Source of the DNA: Escherichia coli
GTDB lineage: Bacteria > Pseudomonadota > Gammaproteobacteria > Enterobacterales > Enterobacteriaceae
Assembly (NCBI RefSeq): GCF_003018255.1
Contig: NZ_CP027440.1
DNA length: 64,000 nt
Direction: 5' to 3' (one strand)
Part shown: positions 1 through 7,899 of the stretch, in pieces
Layout of the letters: each line of letters starts with the position of its first letter
Position numbering within the stretch: the first letter of the stretch is position 1
Position numbers and translations under genes: made by a program
Notes under the pieces: model-generated
Told to the model about the DNA's origin: nothing
What the model saw: the letters and a program-made list of their open reading frames with translations, nothing else
The model's database searches: none

Positions 1-39
1 CCTGAACAACTGGCACCTGCTGCGTCACCGGAGAACCCG

Positions 40-312
40 ATGGCGCAACATATAAAATCCCACAATTCTGAAGTCGATCCGGCCATTAAGCGGGGGCGGC
101 GTTCGCACGTATTTAAAACTGACTGGTACCAGCATCCCCCATGCACTGAAGAACAGGCCGAATGGCTGATCCAGTGTTACCGCAGGCGCGGATATGAGTT
201 TGAGAAAGCCCTCAGCCTCGATTATCGTCACTGGATAATCTCCGTCAGGCTCCCTTATTCCGAACGCCCACCGCGTCCGTCCCGCACATTCCAGCAGCGC
301 ATCTGGAGGTAA
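40..312 (+). CDS. hypothetical phage protein (nin region)
   Basis: 90-aa ORF, ATG preceded by GGAGA; lies upstream of rusA/Q in a lambdoid late-regulatory region; no family recognised. Confidence 0.4.
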   Translation: MAQHIKSHNSEVDPAIKRGRRSHVFKTDWYQHPPCTEEQAEWLIQCYRRRGYEFEKALSLDYRHWIISVRLPYSERPPRPSRTFQQRIWR

Positions 313-313
313 C

Positions 314-1363
314 GTGCGGGTATTACTTCGACCTGTTCTGGTACCGGAACTCGGTCTGGTTATCGTTAAGCCAGGCCGTGAATCAATGTCAGCATTCCAT
401 AACGGCAGAATATTGGTGGAGGCGGAACCGAAAAACATGCGCGATCTGCCGTCCGGAGTCGTTCCTGCCGTTCGCCAGCCGCTGGCAGAGGATAAAACAT
501 TACTGCCATTTTTCAGCGATGAGCGGGTTATTCGTGCAGCAGGTGGTGCAGGTGCACTGTCTGACTGGTTATTACGTCACGTGAAATCCTGCCAGTGGCC
601 ACACGGCGATTATCATCACAGCGAAACAGCCATTCACCGTTATGGTACCGGCGCGATGGTGTTGTGCTGGCACTGTGACAACCAGCTGCGCGACCAGACA
701 TCAGAATCACTCGATCAACTTGCTCAGCAGAATCTGGTTGCCTGGATGATTGATGTCATCCGTCACGCAATAAGCGGTACGCAGGAGAGGGAGTTATCGC
801 TGGCCGAATTATCCTGGTGGGCGGCCTGCAATCAGGTGGTGGATGCACTACCTGAGGCAGTAGCGCGTCGTTCGCTGGGATTACCAGCGGAAAAAATCCG
901 CTCCGTATACCGTGAGAGTGACATCGTACCGGGAGAACAGACAGCCATCAGCATACTGAAGCAGCGCACAAAAAATATTGCGCTGCCACTTCACGTCCAC
1001 CAGCAACAAAATCCACCACAGAAAAAAACGGTTGTCAGTATCGCCGTTGATCCGGAGTCTCCTGAATCGTTCATGAGGCGGCCTAAACGTCGCCGTTGGG
1101 TTAATGAGAAATACACGCGCTGGGTAAAGACACAGCCGTGTGCGTGTTGTGGTAAGCCAGCTGACGATCCGCATCACCTGATTGGTCATGGTCAGGGGGG
1201 AGTGGGAACAAAGGCCCACGATATTTTCACGCTACCGTTGTGCCGGGAGCACCACAACGAACTTCATGCAGACCCGCTGAAGTTTGAGAAAAAGTACGGC
1301 TCTCAGATTGAGTTAATTTTTCGTTTTCTTGATCACGCCTTTGCGACTGGCGTGCTCGGGTAA
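314..1363 (+). CDS. DUF968-like phage protein with C-terminal Cys/His (HNH-like) cluster
   Basis: 349-aa ORF, GTG start abutting upstream stop; C-terminus CACCGKP..DPHHLIGHGQ..CREHHNELH resembles YdfU-type proteins that sit beside rusA/Q in lambdoid prophages. Confidence 0.55.
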   Translation: MRVLLRPVLVPELGLVIVKPGRESMSAFHNGRILVEAEPKNMRDLPSGVVPAVRQPLAEDKTLLPFFSDERVIRAAGGAGALSDWLLRHVKSCQWPHGDYHHSETAIHRYGTGAMVLCWHCDNQLRDQTSESLDQLAQQNLVAWMIDVIRHAISGTQERELSLAELSWWAACNQVVDALPEAVARRSLGLPAEKIRSVYRESDIVPGEQTAISILKQRTKNIALPLHVHQQQNPPQKKTVVSIAVDPESPESFMRRPKRRRWVNEKYTRWVKTQPCACCGKPADDPHHLIGHGQGGVGTKAHDIFTLPLCREHHNELHADPLKFEKKYGSQIELIFRFLDHAFATGVLG

Positions 1364-1375
1364 AAGAGGTGACTG

Positions 1376-1738
1376 ATGCTCATAGATTTGGTTTTACCTT
1401 ACCCGCCGACGGTGAACACTTACTGGCGACGCCGTGGCAGCACATATTTTGTATCAAAAGCCGGGGAGCGTTATCGCCGGGCAGTGGCGCTTATTGTTCG
1501 CCAGCAGCGACTGAAATTAAGCCTGTCCGGACGGCTGGCAATAAAAATTATTGCAGAGCCACCGGATAAGCGCCGCCGTGACCTGGACAATATTCTGAAA
1601 GCACCGCTGGATGCGCTGACGCACGCGGGGTTGTTAATGGACGATGAGCAGTTTGATGAAATCAATATTGTACGTGGCAAGCCAGTATCTGGTGGACGGC
1701 TGGAGATAAGAATTACAGAGGTGGGTGTGCATGAATAA
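1376..1738 (+). CDS. rusA: Holliday-junction resolvase RusA
   Basis: 120-aa product of typical RusA length, with acidic DLDN motif; located immediately upstream of Q. Confidence 0.85.
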   Translation: MLIDLVLPYPPTVNTYWRRRGSTYFVSKAGERYRRAVALIVRQQRLKLSLSGRLAIKIIAEPPDKRRRDLDNILKAPLDALTHAGLLMDDEQFDEINIVRGKPVSGGRLEIRITEVGVHE

Positions 1739-2396
1739 CCAGTATTTACAGTTTGTTCGTGAGCAACTCATGATTGCCACTGCGGATCTTAGTGGGTCGA
1801 CAAAAGGCCAGCTGGAAGTCTGGCAGGAAAATGCCCTGTTCGATACAGGGCGTTACAGACGCAAAAAAATTCGTTACCGCGATGAGGTAACCGGAAAAAT
1901 GATCACGCGGGATAATCCCCCGATCCCGGGCAAACAATCACTGGCGAAAGGCTCATCAATTGCCCTGGTCAGTCCGGTTGAGTTTTCGACATCATCATGG
2001 CGACGCGCCGTTCTGTCTCTTGAAGAACATCATAAAGCCTGGCTGCTGTGGTGTTACAGCGGTAGCATTTGCTGGGAGCGTCAGATCGCGATAACGCAGT
2101 GGGCGTGGACTGAATTTAATGCTCAATCCGGTACCAGAAAAATTGCAGGAAAAACTCTGGTGCGCCTGAAGACGTTGATCTGGTTGGCGGCGCAGGCGGT
2201 AAAAGCTGAGTTTTTTGGTGGGGAAGGCTACGAATACCAGGAACTGGCGTTACTGGTGGGAGTAACAACCAAAAACTGGTCCAAGACATTTACTGGTCAC
2301 TGGGTTGCAATGAAACACATTTTTCATCGGCTGGATAGTGAAGCTTTATTGTTGGTGGAGGGAACACGTTCAAAACAAAAGGCGGCATTTTCATAG
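1731..2396 (+). CDS. Q: late-gene antiterminator Q
   Basis: ATG at 1731 overlaps the rusA stop; ~221-aa protein in the canonical Q position, followed by a promoter plus short-transcript terminator (pR'/tR'-like). Confidence 0.7.
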   Translation: MNNQYLQFVREQLMIATADLSGSTKGQLEVWQENALFDTGRYRRKKIRYRDEVTGKMITRDNPPIPGKQSLAKGSSIALVSPVEFSTSSWRRAVLSLEEHHKAWLLWCYSGSICWERQIAITQWAWTEFNAQSGTRKIAGKTLVRLKTLIWLAAQAVKAEFFGGEGYEYQELALLVGVTTKNWSKTFTGHWVAMKHIFHRLDSEALLLVEGTRSKQKAAFS

Positions 2397-2403
2397 CAAA
2401 GTA

Positions 2404-2432
2404 TTGCAAAAGTAGATAAAAAGGCATATATT
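2404..2432 (+). promoter_or_regulatory. candidate late promoter pR' (TTGCAA-17 nt-TATATT)
   Basis: Sigma70-like -35/-10 with 17-nt spacer directly downstream of the Q stop. Confidence 0.5.
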
Positions 2433-2482
2433 TCGTGTAAATCTGATATTTTGCCGTTATTATACGTGATGGCAAAGCCACT

Positions 2483-2509
2483 AAAACCCGTGACCGAGCG
2501 GGTTTTTTA
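2483..2509 (+). terminator. intrinsic terminator (tR'-like)
   Basis: 8-bp stem AAAACCCG/CGGGTTTT with 8-nt loop, followed by T-run; ~50 nt downstream of the candidate pR'. Confidence 0.6.
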
Positions 2510-2649
2510 CCCCCCAAAAAATGGCATAGACATTAAACGTGATGACGATTGTGCCAATACTTTCTCCATCAATGACGCCCCTTGACTGCATGGAATCCAA
2601 TTTGTTATGTAATGTGTGTTGATATTTTTGAGTTGTTAATGGTGTTACT

Positions 2650-3363
2650 ATGGATGACAGTGCTCTGCTCAGAAACTCTTCACTTTTTGTTGCTTATATG
2701 GGCTGTCTCGGATGGGGGAGCGCTTATTTCTATGGATGGGGTACTTCATTTTACTATGGCTTTCCATGGTGGGTTGTCGGGGCTGGTGTCGATGATGTAG
2801 CACGAAGTTTGTTTTATGCTGTGACAGTTATTGTTATATTCCTTATTGGATGGGGAGTTGGTATTGTTTTCTTTTTGGGCATAAAACAAAAGCGCAATAT
2901 ACAAAATTTGAGTTTTATCCGGCTTTTTCTCGCGATATTGCTGCTTTTTATTCCACCTGTTCTGGAGTTTTCTGTAATTCATCAGCATGTTGAGCCAGAT
3001 GTACTGATTTTCTGCGTTCTTGCTGCCTTTGCAATCACGCTTTTTGTCAGGTCTGGAAGAAGACTTGTTTCAGTCAAATGTTTTTCGGAAATGTCTGTTA
3101 TTCGCCATCACCGAATTGAGTTCATGATGGCTGGGTTTATGATTTATTTCTGGGCATTCTCTCTTATTGCCGGTTGGTACAAACCACAGTTTAAGAGGGA
3201 ATATCAGGCGGTCCACTATGAGAATGTATGGTATTACATTATTGCGCGCTATGATGATCGTCTGGTGTTATCGAAATCATACAGGAGTGGGGGTAAGAAA
3301 TTCGTTATATTTAATAGCGGAAATATTAATGATTTTGAAATTAATACTGTCAGAGTACGTTAA
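2650..3363 (+). CDS. polytopic inner-membrane protein, function unknown (cargo gene)
   Basis: 237-aa ORF with several long hydrophobic Trp/Gly/Phe-rich segments; AT-rich; first gene after pR'/tR'. Confidence 0.5.
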   Translation: MDDSALLRNSSLFVAYMGCLGWGSAYFYGWGTSFYYGFPWWVVGAGVDDVARSLFYAVTVIVIFLIGWGVGIVFFLGIKQKRNIQNLSFIRLFLAILLLFIPPVLEFSVIHQHVEPDVLIFCVLAAFAITLFVRSGRRLVSVKCFSEMSVIRHHRIEFMMAGFMIYFWAFSLIAGWYKPQFKREYQAVHYENVWYYIIARYDDRLVLSKSYRSGGKKFVIFNSGNINDFEINTVRVR

Positions 3364-3536
3364 AATTTCCTGAGTAATAAAGATTTTACTGCCCGGCATT
3401 GAGCGGCTTTTTTATGCCAGAAAAATGGTGCAGTACATAAAATGTGCAGGTGGTTATTAATACCGGTCTTTCAGCTTGCTGGCTTTTTTGACAAGAGTTA
3501 TTGGTGTGTCACGTTAACCGGAAAAGGGAAAAAGAC

Positions 3537-3734
3537 ATGCTGAAACAGCAGGATATGACAGAAACCGCCAGAGCAGTTTTTAATGAATTAAGTGCCACCG
3601 AACCGGCGACAGTCGGGGAGATTGCACAGAATACGTACCTTTCACGCGAACGCTGCCAGCTAATACTGACCCAGCTTGTTATGGCGGGTCTGGCAGACTA
3701 TCAGTTCGGTTGTTACAGACGCCTTCAGTCCTGA
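3537..3734 (+). CDS. small putative DNA-binding protein
   Basis: 65 aa from internal ATG of ORF 3501..3734; stop codon embedded in a terminator hairpin; lies upstream of the methyltransferase gene. Confidence 0.4.
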   Translation: MLKQQDMTETARAVFNELSATEPATVGEIAQNTYLSRERCQLILTQLVMAGLADYQFGCYRRLQS

Positions 3735-3746
3735 AGGCTTTTTTAT
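3721..3746 (+). terminator. intrinsic terminator
   Basis: GCCTTCAG-tcc-TGAAGGC stem-loop followed by TTTTTTAT. Confidence 0.6.
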
Positions 3747-3884
3747 TTGTGGTAAATGGGCGGCTGGTGGGGGTTAGGGGCACTCACCAGCCATCTGCTC
3801 ATGCGTCCGGATCACAAGCAAACCTCAGGCCCACTGCTTTGCGCAAAAGCAGAATGAGCCTATCAGAGACAGGCTTAATGATCC

Positions 3885-4943
3885 ATGTTTAATACTGTAA
3901 AAATATCCAGTTGTGAGTTAATCAACGCTGACTGCCTGGAATTTATCCGGTCGTTACCCGAAAATTCTGTTGACCTGATAGTCACGGACCCGCCGTACTT
4001 TAAAGTGAAGCCTGAGGGCTGGGATAACCAGTGGAAGGGCGACGATGACTACCTGAAGTGGCTGGACCTGTGTCTGGCGCAGTTCTGGCGGGTGCTGAAA
4101 CCTGCCGGAAGTCTTTACCTGTTCTGTGGCCATCGCCTGGCATCTGACATTGAAATCATGATGCGTGAACGCTTCAGTGTGCTGAACCATATTATCTGGG
4201 CAAAGCCGTCCGGACGCTGGAACGGGTGCAACAAGGAAAGCCTGCGGGCGTATTTCCCCGCCACAGAGCGCATTCTGTTCGCGGAACATTATCAGGGGCC
4301 GTATCGCCCGAAAGATGCCGGGTATGAGGCGAAGGGCAGGGCACTGAAACAGCATGTGATGGCCCCGCTGATTTCTTACTTTCGTGATGCGCGTGCTGCC
4401 CTGGGGATAACGGCAAAACAGATAGTGGATGCCACAGGAAAGAAAAACATGGTGTCGCACTGGTTCAGTGCCAGTCAGTGGCAGCTACCGAACGAAAGCG
4501 ATTATCTGAAATTACAGGCGCTGTTTGCCCGGGTGGCAGAAGAGAAGCATCAGCGGGGGGAACTGGAGAAGCCCCACCACCAGCTGCTGGAGACGTATAC
4601 TTCACTGAACCGGCAGTATGCGGAACTGCAGAGTGAATATAAGCATCTGCGGCGGTATTTTGGCGTGACGGCGCAGGTGCCGTACACGGATGTGTGGACG
4701 CATAAACCGGTGCAGTACTATCCCGGGAAACATCCGTGCGAAAAACCGGCAGAAATGCTGCAGCAGATAATCAGCGCGAGCAGTCGTCCGGGTGACCTGG
4801 TTGCAGATTTTTTCATGGGGTCGGGTTCGACAGTCAAAGCCGCGATGGCGCTGGGGCGTCGTGCAACTGGCGTTGAGCTGGAGACTGAACGTTTTGAGCA
4901 GACGGTCAGGGAAGTTCAGGATTTAGTCAGTCAGAACGGATGA
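3885..4943 (+). CDS. DNA methyltransferase (N6-adenine/N4-cytosine class, DPPY motif)
   Basis: 352-aa ORF with catalytic DPPY motif (IVTDPPY) and C-terminal AdoMet-binding FxGSGS-like motif (FFMGSGST); no adjacent restriction gene seen. Confidence 0.85.
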   Translation: MFNTVKISSCELINADCLEFIRSLPENSVDLIVTDPPYFKVKPEGWDNQWKGDDDYLKWLDLCLAQFWRVLKPAGSLYLFCGHRLASDIEIMMRERFSVLNHIIWAKPSGRWNGCNKESLRAYFPATERILFAEHYQGPYRPKDAGYEAKGRALKQHVMAPLISYFRDARAALGITAKQIVDATGKKNMVSHWFSASQWQLPNESDYLKLQALFARVAEEKHQRGELEKPHHQLLETYTSLNRQYAELQSEYKHLRRYFGVTAQVPYTDVWTHKPVQYYPGKHPCEKPAEMLQQIISASSRPGDLVADFFMGSGSTVKAAMALGRRATGVELETERFEQTVREVQDLVSQNG

Positions 4944-4983
4944 TATTGCAGGATTAGTTACGTACCGTTATTATCCTGCGACC

Positions 4984-5059
4984 GGCCCTTTAGCTCAGTG
5001 GTGAGAGCGAGCGACTCATAATCGCCAGGTCGCTGGTTCAAATCCAGCAAGGGCCACCA
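4984..5059 (+). tRNA. tRNA with CAT anticodon, ileX-like (tRNA-Ile2, lysidine) rather than Met
   Basis: 76-nt cloverleaf folded by hand: acceptor GGCCCTT/AAGGGCC, anticodon loop CTCATAA, T-loop TTCAAAT, 3' CCA encoded; close to remembered ileX sequence. Confidence 0.8.
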
Positions 5060-5068
5060 TATCACATA

Positions 5069-5145
5069 CCGCCATTAGCTCATCGGGATAGAGCGCCAGC
5101 CTTCGAAGCTGGCTGCGCGGGGTTCGAGTCCTCGATGGCGGTCCA
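5069..5145 (+). tRNA. tRNA-Arg (anticodon TCG)
   Basis: 77-nt cloverleaf: acceptor CCGCCAT/ATGGCGG, anticodon loop CTTCGAA, T-loop TTCGAGT, CCA encoded; 9 nt after the first tRNA. Confidence 0.75.
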
Positions 5146-5423
5146 TTATCTGCATTATGCGTTGTTGGTTCTGATGAGTGAATCATTGTCTTTTGAGCAA
5201 CAGGCTATCATATAAGATAGCCTCAGACTTCCTTGTTTATTCTCGCCGGATGCTTCGTAGATATTTGCAGGCATCTGTATGCAGGGGTATTATTGCGGCA
5301 TATATCATCCGGAAAAATAAAAACTACATGCTGATCCGGAGATGATAGTTACAAGTCCTCCCGGATCCCGCATATTTACTATATTTTATAGATAATTGTT
5401 CTTGTTAATATGGAGATGGATAA

Positions 5424-5852
5424 ATGTATTGCCGTGCTGTACCTGTTCTTGTTTTGATATTAGCCAGTCTGACAACTGGCTGCACAAAAGATGTATCGAC
5501 AAATAATCATGATGCTTCTCTGTATCACTCAGATAAATTAATAACGTCGCAAAAATTGAGCTCATCGGAACGTACCCCTGATGCCAGTGAAGAAATCCGG
5601 CAGTATGCCATTCAGGTCAGGAAAGCCATAGAAGAACAGTTAAAGGATGCGAGTAAGTATTCAGGAAAAGAGTGTTCACTGAGAATGTATATGGCCCCGA
5701 ATGGTCTTCTGCTACGGGTTAAAAGAGAAAGCGGTGATCCCGATTTATGTCGTGAAGCGATGAATGCAGTAAAGAATGCTGATATACCATCACCACCGTC
5801 TTCAGGAGTATATAAAGCATTTAGAAATGGCGTGCTGGATTTTAAACTCTGA
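5424..5852 (+). CDS. lipoprotein with TolA C-terminal (domain III)-like domain
   Basis: Signal peptide ending in LTTGC lipobox-like motif; C-terminal ~85 aa (GKECSLRMYMAPNGLLLRVKRESGDPDLCREAM..IPSPPSSGVYKAFRNGVLDFKL) aligns with remembered E. coli TolA C-terminus; GGAG RBS. Confidence 0.75.
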   Translation: MYCRAVPVLVLILASLTTGCTKDVSTNNHDASLYHSDKLITSQKLSSSERTPDASEEIRQYAIQVRKAIEEQLKDASKYSGKECSLRMYMAPNGLLLRVKRESGDPDLCREAMNAVKNADIPSPPSSGVYKAFRNGVLDFKL

Positions 5853-5987
5853 CAGGGGGAGAAGATTTTCTCCTGTCCTGATGATTTTGGGGCGCTGGAA
5901 AGATATTGTGCTGTGAAGTGTTAAATCCCTCACAATTCAGTAAGTTGACAGTTGCCTGTCAGACTGAGCATTTGTTAAAAAAATTTC

Positions 5988-6165
5988 GCATGGTGAATCC
6001 CCCTGTGCGGAGGGGCGACTGGTGAACGGTATGATCTCTTTGATGATCGTAAGCGAGAATACGCGGGTTTGGTGTCACCGGGCTGAACTCACCGGGAGGC
6101 ACCCGGCACCATGCTCATGGTGATACAGAAATGCGGCTTCAGCCCCTCTCCGGAGGGGCTTTCTT
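5988..6165 (+). ncRNA. candidate structured sRNA, repeat family A copy 1
   Basis: Promoter-like TTGCCT-18-TAAAAA, then 5' CAUGGUG, hairpin CCCCU-GUGCGG-AGGGG, hairpin CCGGG-AGGCA-CCCGG, 3' CACCAUG pairing back to the 5' end, and terminator GCCCCTC-TCCG-GAGGGGC plus T-run. Confidence 0.45.
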
Positions 6166-6171
6166 ATGGAC

Positions 6172-6240
6172 AAAAAAAGCCCGCGCTGGGAGACGCGGGC
6201 GGCAAGGAATAAACAATAAAACGTGAAGTAATACTTCAAC
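6172..6240 (-). ncRNA. candidate antisense sRNA, family B copy 1
   Basis: Minus-strand TTGCGC-18-TATTAT promoter (plus 6247-6276), ~70-nt transcript with internal hairpin GAAGT-ATT-ACTTC, ending at terminator GCCCGCG..CGCGGGC plus T-run. Confidence 0.45.
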
Positions 6241-6312
6241 TGGCGAATAATACCCGACAGTAATCACTCTGCGCAATAGCGTGGCCTTTTTCGAATTGCG
6301 GGCTGTAGTCTC

Positions 6313-6484
6313 CCTTCTGCCGGGTGTCCTGGTTGCAGATTTCTTCATGGGGTAGGGTTCGGCAGTTAAAGCAGCGATGGTGCTGGGGCGTCGTGCAACT
6401 GGCGTTGAGCTGGATACCGGGCGTTTTGAACAGACTGCGCAGGAAATCAGGGATGTATTTAGCGGGAGCGGTTTGCAGAAGTAA
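6313..6484 (+). pseudogene. 3' fragment of a DNA methyltransferase gene (duplicate of the 4781-4943 region, in-frame TAG)
   Basis: ~170 nt nearly collinear with the 3' end of the intact methylase gene (DLVADFFMG..GRRATGVEL..), interrupted by a stop; lacks the 5' 90% of the gene. Confidence 0.7.
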
Positions 6485-6547
6485 TCTCCCAAAATGCCAT
6501 TTTTGGAATATACTGGTATTAAGTCTTTTTGCTCAGGTTAATTCAAA

Positions 6548-7273
6548 ATGGATGTTGCCTGCTCTGTGGTCCTGATTCGCTATCCGATAGATATTTTTCT
6601 TGAAAAAGAAAAAGTTTCACTCGATGCCGGAAGTGTTATGCTTGTTGCCAGAAATATAAGAGGGCTTTTCTGTGCTTATGCCGACAGAGTGAAAATGGCA
6701 GATATAAGTAACAGCGTCGTCAATCAGTATCTGGAAAGGGAGTGTGAACTGACGGAGTATACACCGACAAAAATGCCTCTTTATTTGATGTCTGATATTT
6801 ACAATACGGAACTGGCGGAGGCTTTAATAACCCAGCATAGTGAATCCAGTGATACTTTGAAGGATTTCTCTGTTATAACCGCATTTTCATGTATCTCCTT
6901 ATTTGCAACAGACAGACGTCTGCCATTATTTTTGTCCGGTGCTGTAAATAATATCAGCTGTAAAGTAAGGGCTATAATTCAGACCGACATATCGGCAGGC
7001 TGGATGCTTGGTGTGATTGCATTACAATTGCATATGAGCGAAAGCTTGTTGAAGCGAAAACTTAAGGATGAAGGTTATAGCTTTAGTCGGTTGTTGCTGG
7101 AGGAGCGAATGCGTGTTGCTGTTAATCTTGTATGTTTCCAGCGAGAGTGTGGACAAGCGATAGCGGAAAAATGTGGTTACTCAAGTAAGTCCTACTTCAT
7201 TTCTGTATTTCACCAGTATTATGGTGCACCACCTGAGAGCTATGCATATTTGCAGAAAGCAGACGTTATCTGA
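6548..7273 (+). CDS. AraC/XylS-family transcriptional regulator (cargo gene)
   Basis: 241-aa ORF with C-terminal dual helix-turn-helix typical of AraC family (..LKDEGYSFSRLLLEERMRVA..IAEKCGYSSKSYFISVFHQYYGAPPESY); start codon uncertain. Confidence 0.7.
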   Translation: MDVACSVVLIRYPIDIFLEKEKVSLDAGSVMLVARNIRGLFCAYADRVKMADISNSVVNQYLERECELTEYTPTKMPLYLMSDIYNTELAEALITQHSESSDTLKDFSVITAFSCISLFATDRRLPLFLSGAVNNISCKVRAIIQTDISAGWMLGVIALQLHMSESLLKRKLKDEGYSFSRLLLEERMRVAVNLVCFQRECGQAIAEKCGYSSKSYFISVFHQYYGAPPESYAYLQKADVI

Positions 7274-7362
7274 TGTTTTTTCATCAGGCATATATTGATT
7301 GACTGTATTAGATATAGTCTGAATGTGTTCAGCATAAAAAGTTATAATCATTTGGTGTTTGC

Positions 7363-7641
7363 GTGAATATTGATGAGAAAATCAGATGTAGCCAACTGTT
7401 ACAGCGTATTGAAGCCGTCAATGTGGAACGAACAAAGGTCTTCAGTCGTCTGACAGTTTTATTTTGTACCCCTGATCGACGTTCAGGTCAGGAGATGGTT
7501 CTTCTGGATGTAGATGCACTTCGGAACGTCTGTGAGGAGTTCACCGCGGCTAATTCGGAGTTACTGAGTCTTGTTCAGGAGTACAACAGAATTGCAGGTA
7601 GTAACGGTTTTGATGAAATCAAAATTATATCCCGTGGATAA
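7363..7641 (+). CDS. hypothetical protein
   Basis: 92-aa ORF with GTG start 15 nt downstream of a perfect TATAAT; no family recognised; weak RBS. Confidence 0.3.
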   Translation: MNIDEKIRCSQLLQRIEAVNVERTKVFSRLTVLFCTPDRRSGQEMVLLDVDALRNVCEEFTAANSELLSLVQEYNRIAGSNGFDEIKIISRG

Positions 7642-7899
7642 AACATATCCTGTATATTTATGTTGTTACATACAGGCGCTTTTAGTATCTGCCGCACGGC
7701 AGTTGTACTTCAGAATAAGATGCTTTTGTGACTGGTGGTGTTGTATCTGGGGTTAGCCAGTAGGCAGGTTCAGAGAGTCCGGTGGTAATTATGTGTATGC
7801 AGTGGTTGTTGCTGTACCGTGGGCAAGTTCTGGAACTGGCTTCGTCCATTGTAGATGATTGTTAGCTGGATATCAGTTACCTCATGGAAATGTTAAATG

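Noticed and set aside
25-438. 137-aa minus-strand ORF at the window start
   Set aside because: Entirely antisense to two well-supported plus-strand genes, with no RBS; a typical shadow ORF.
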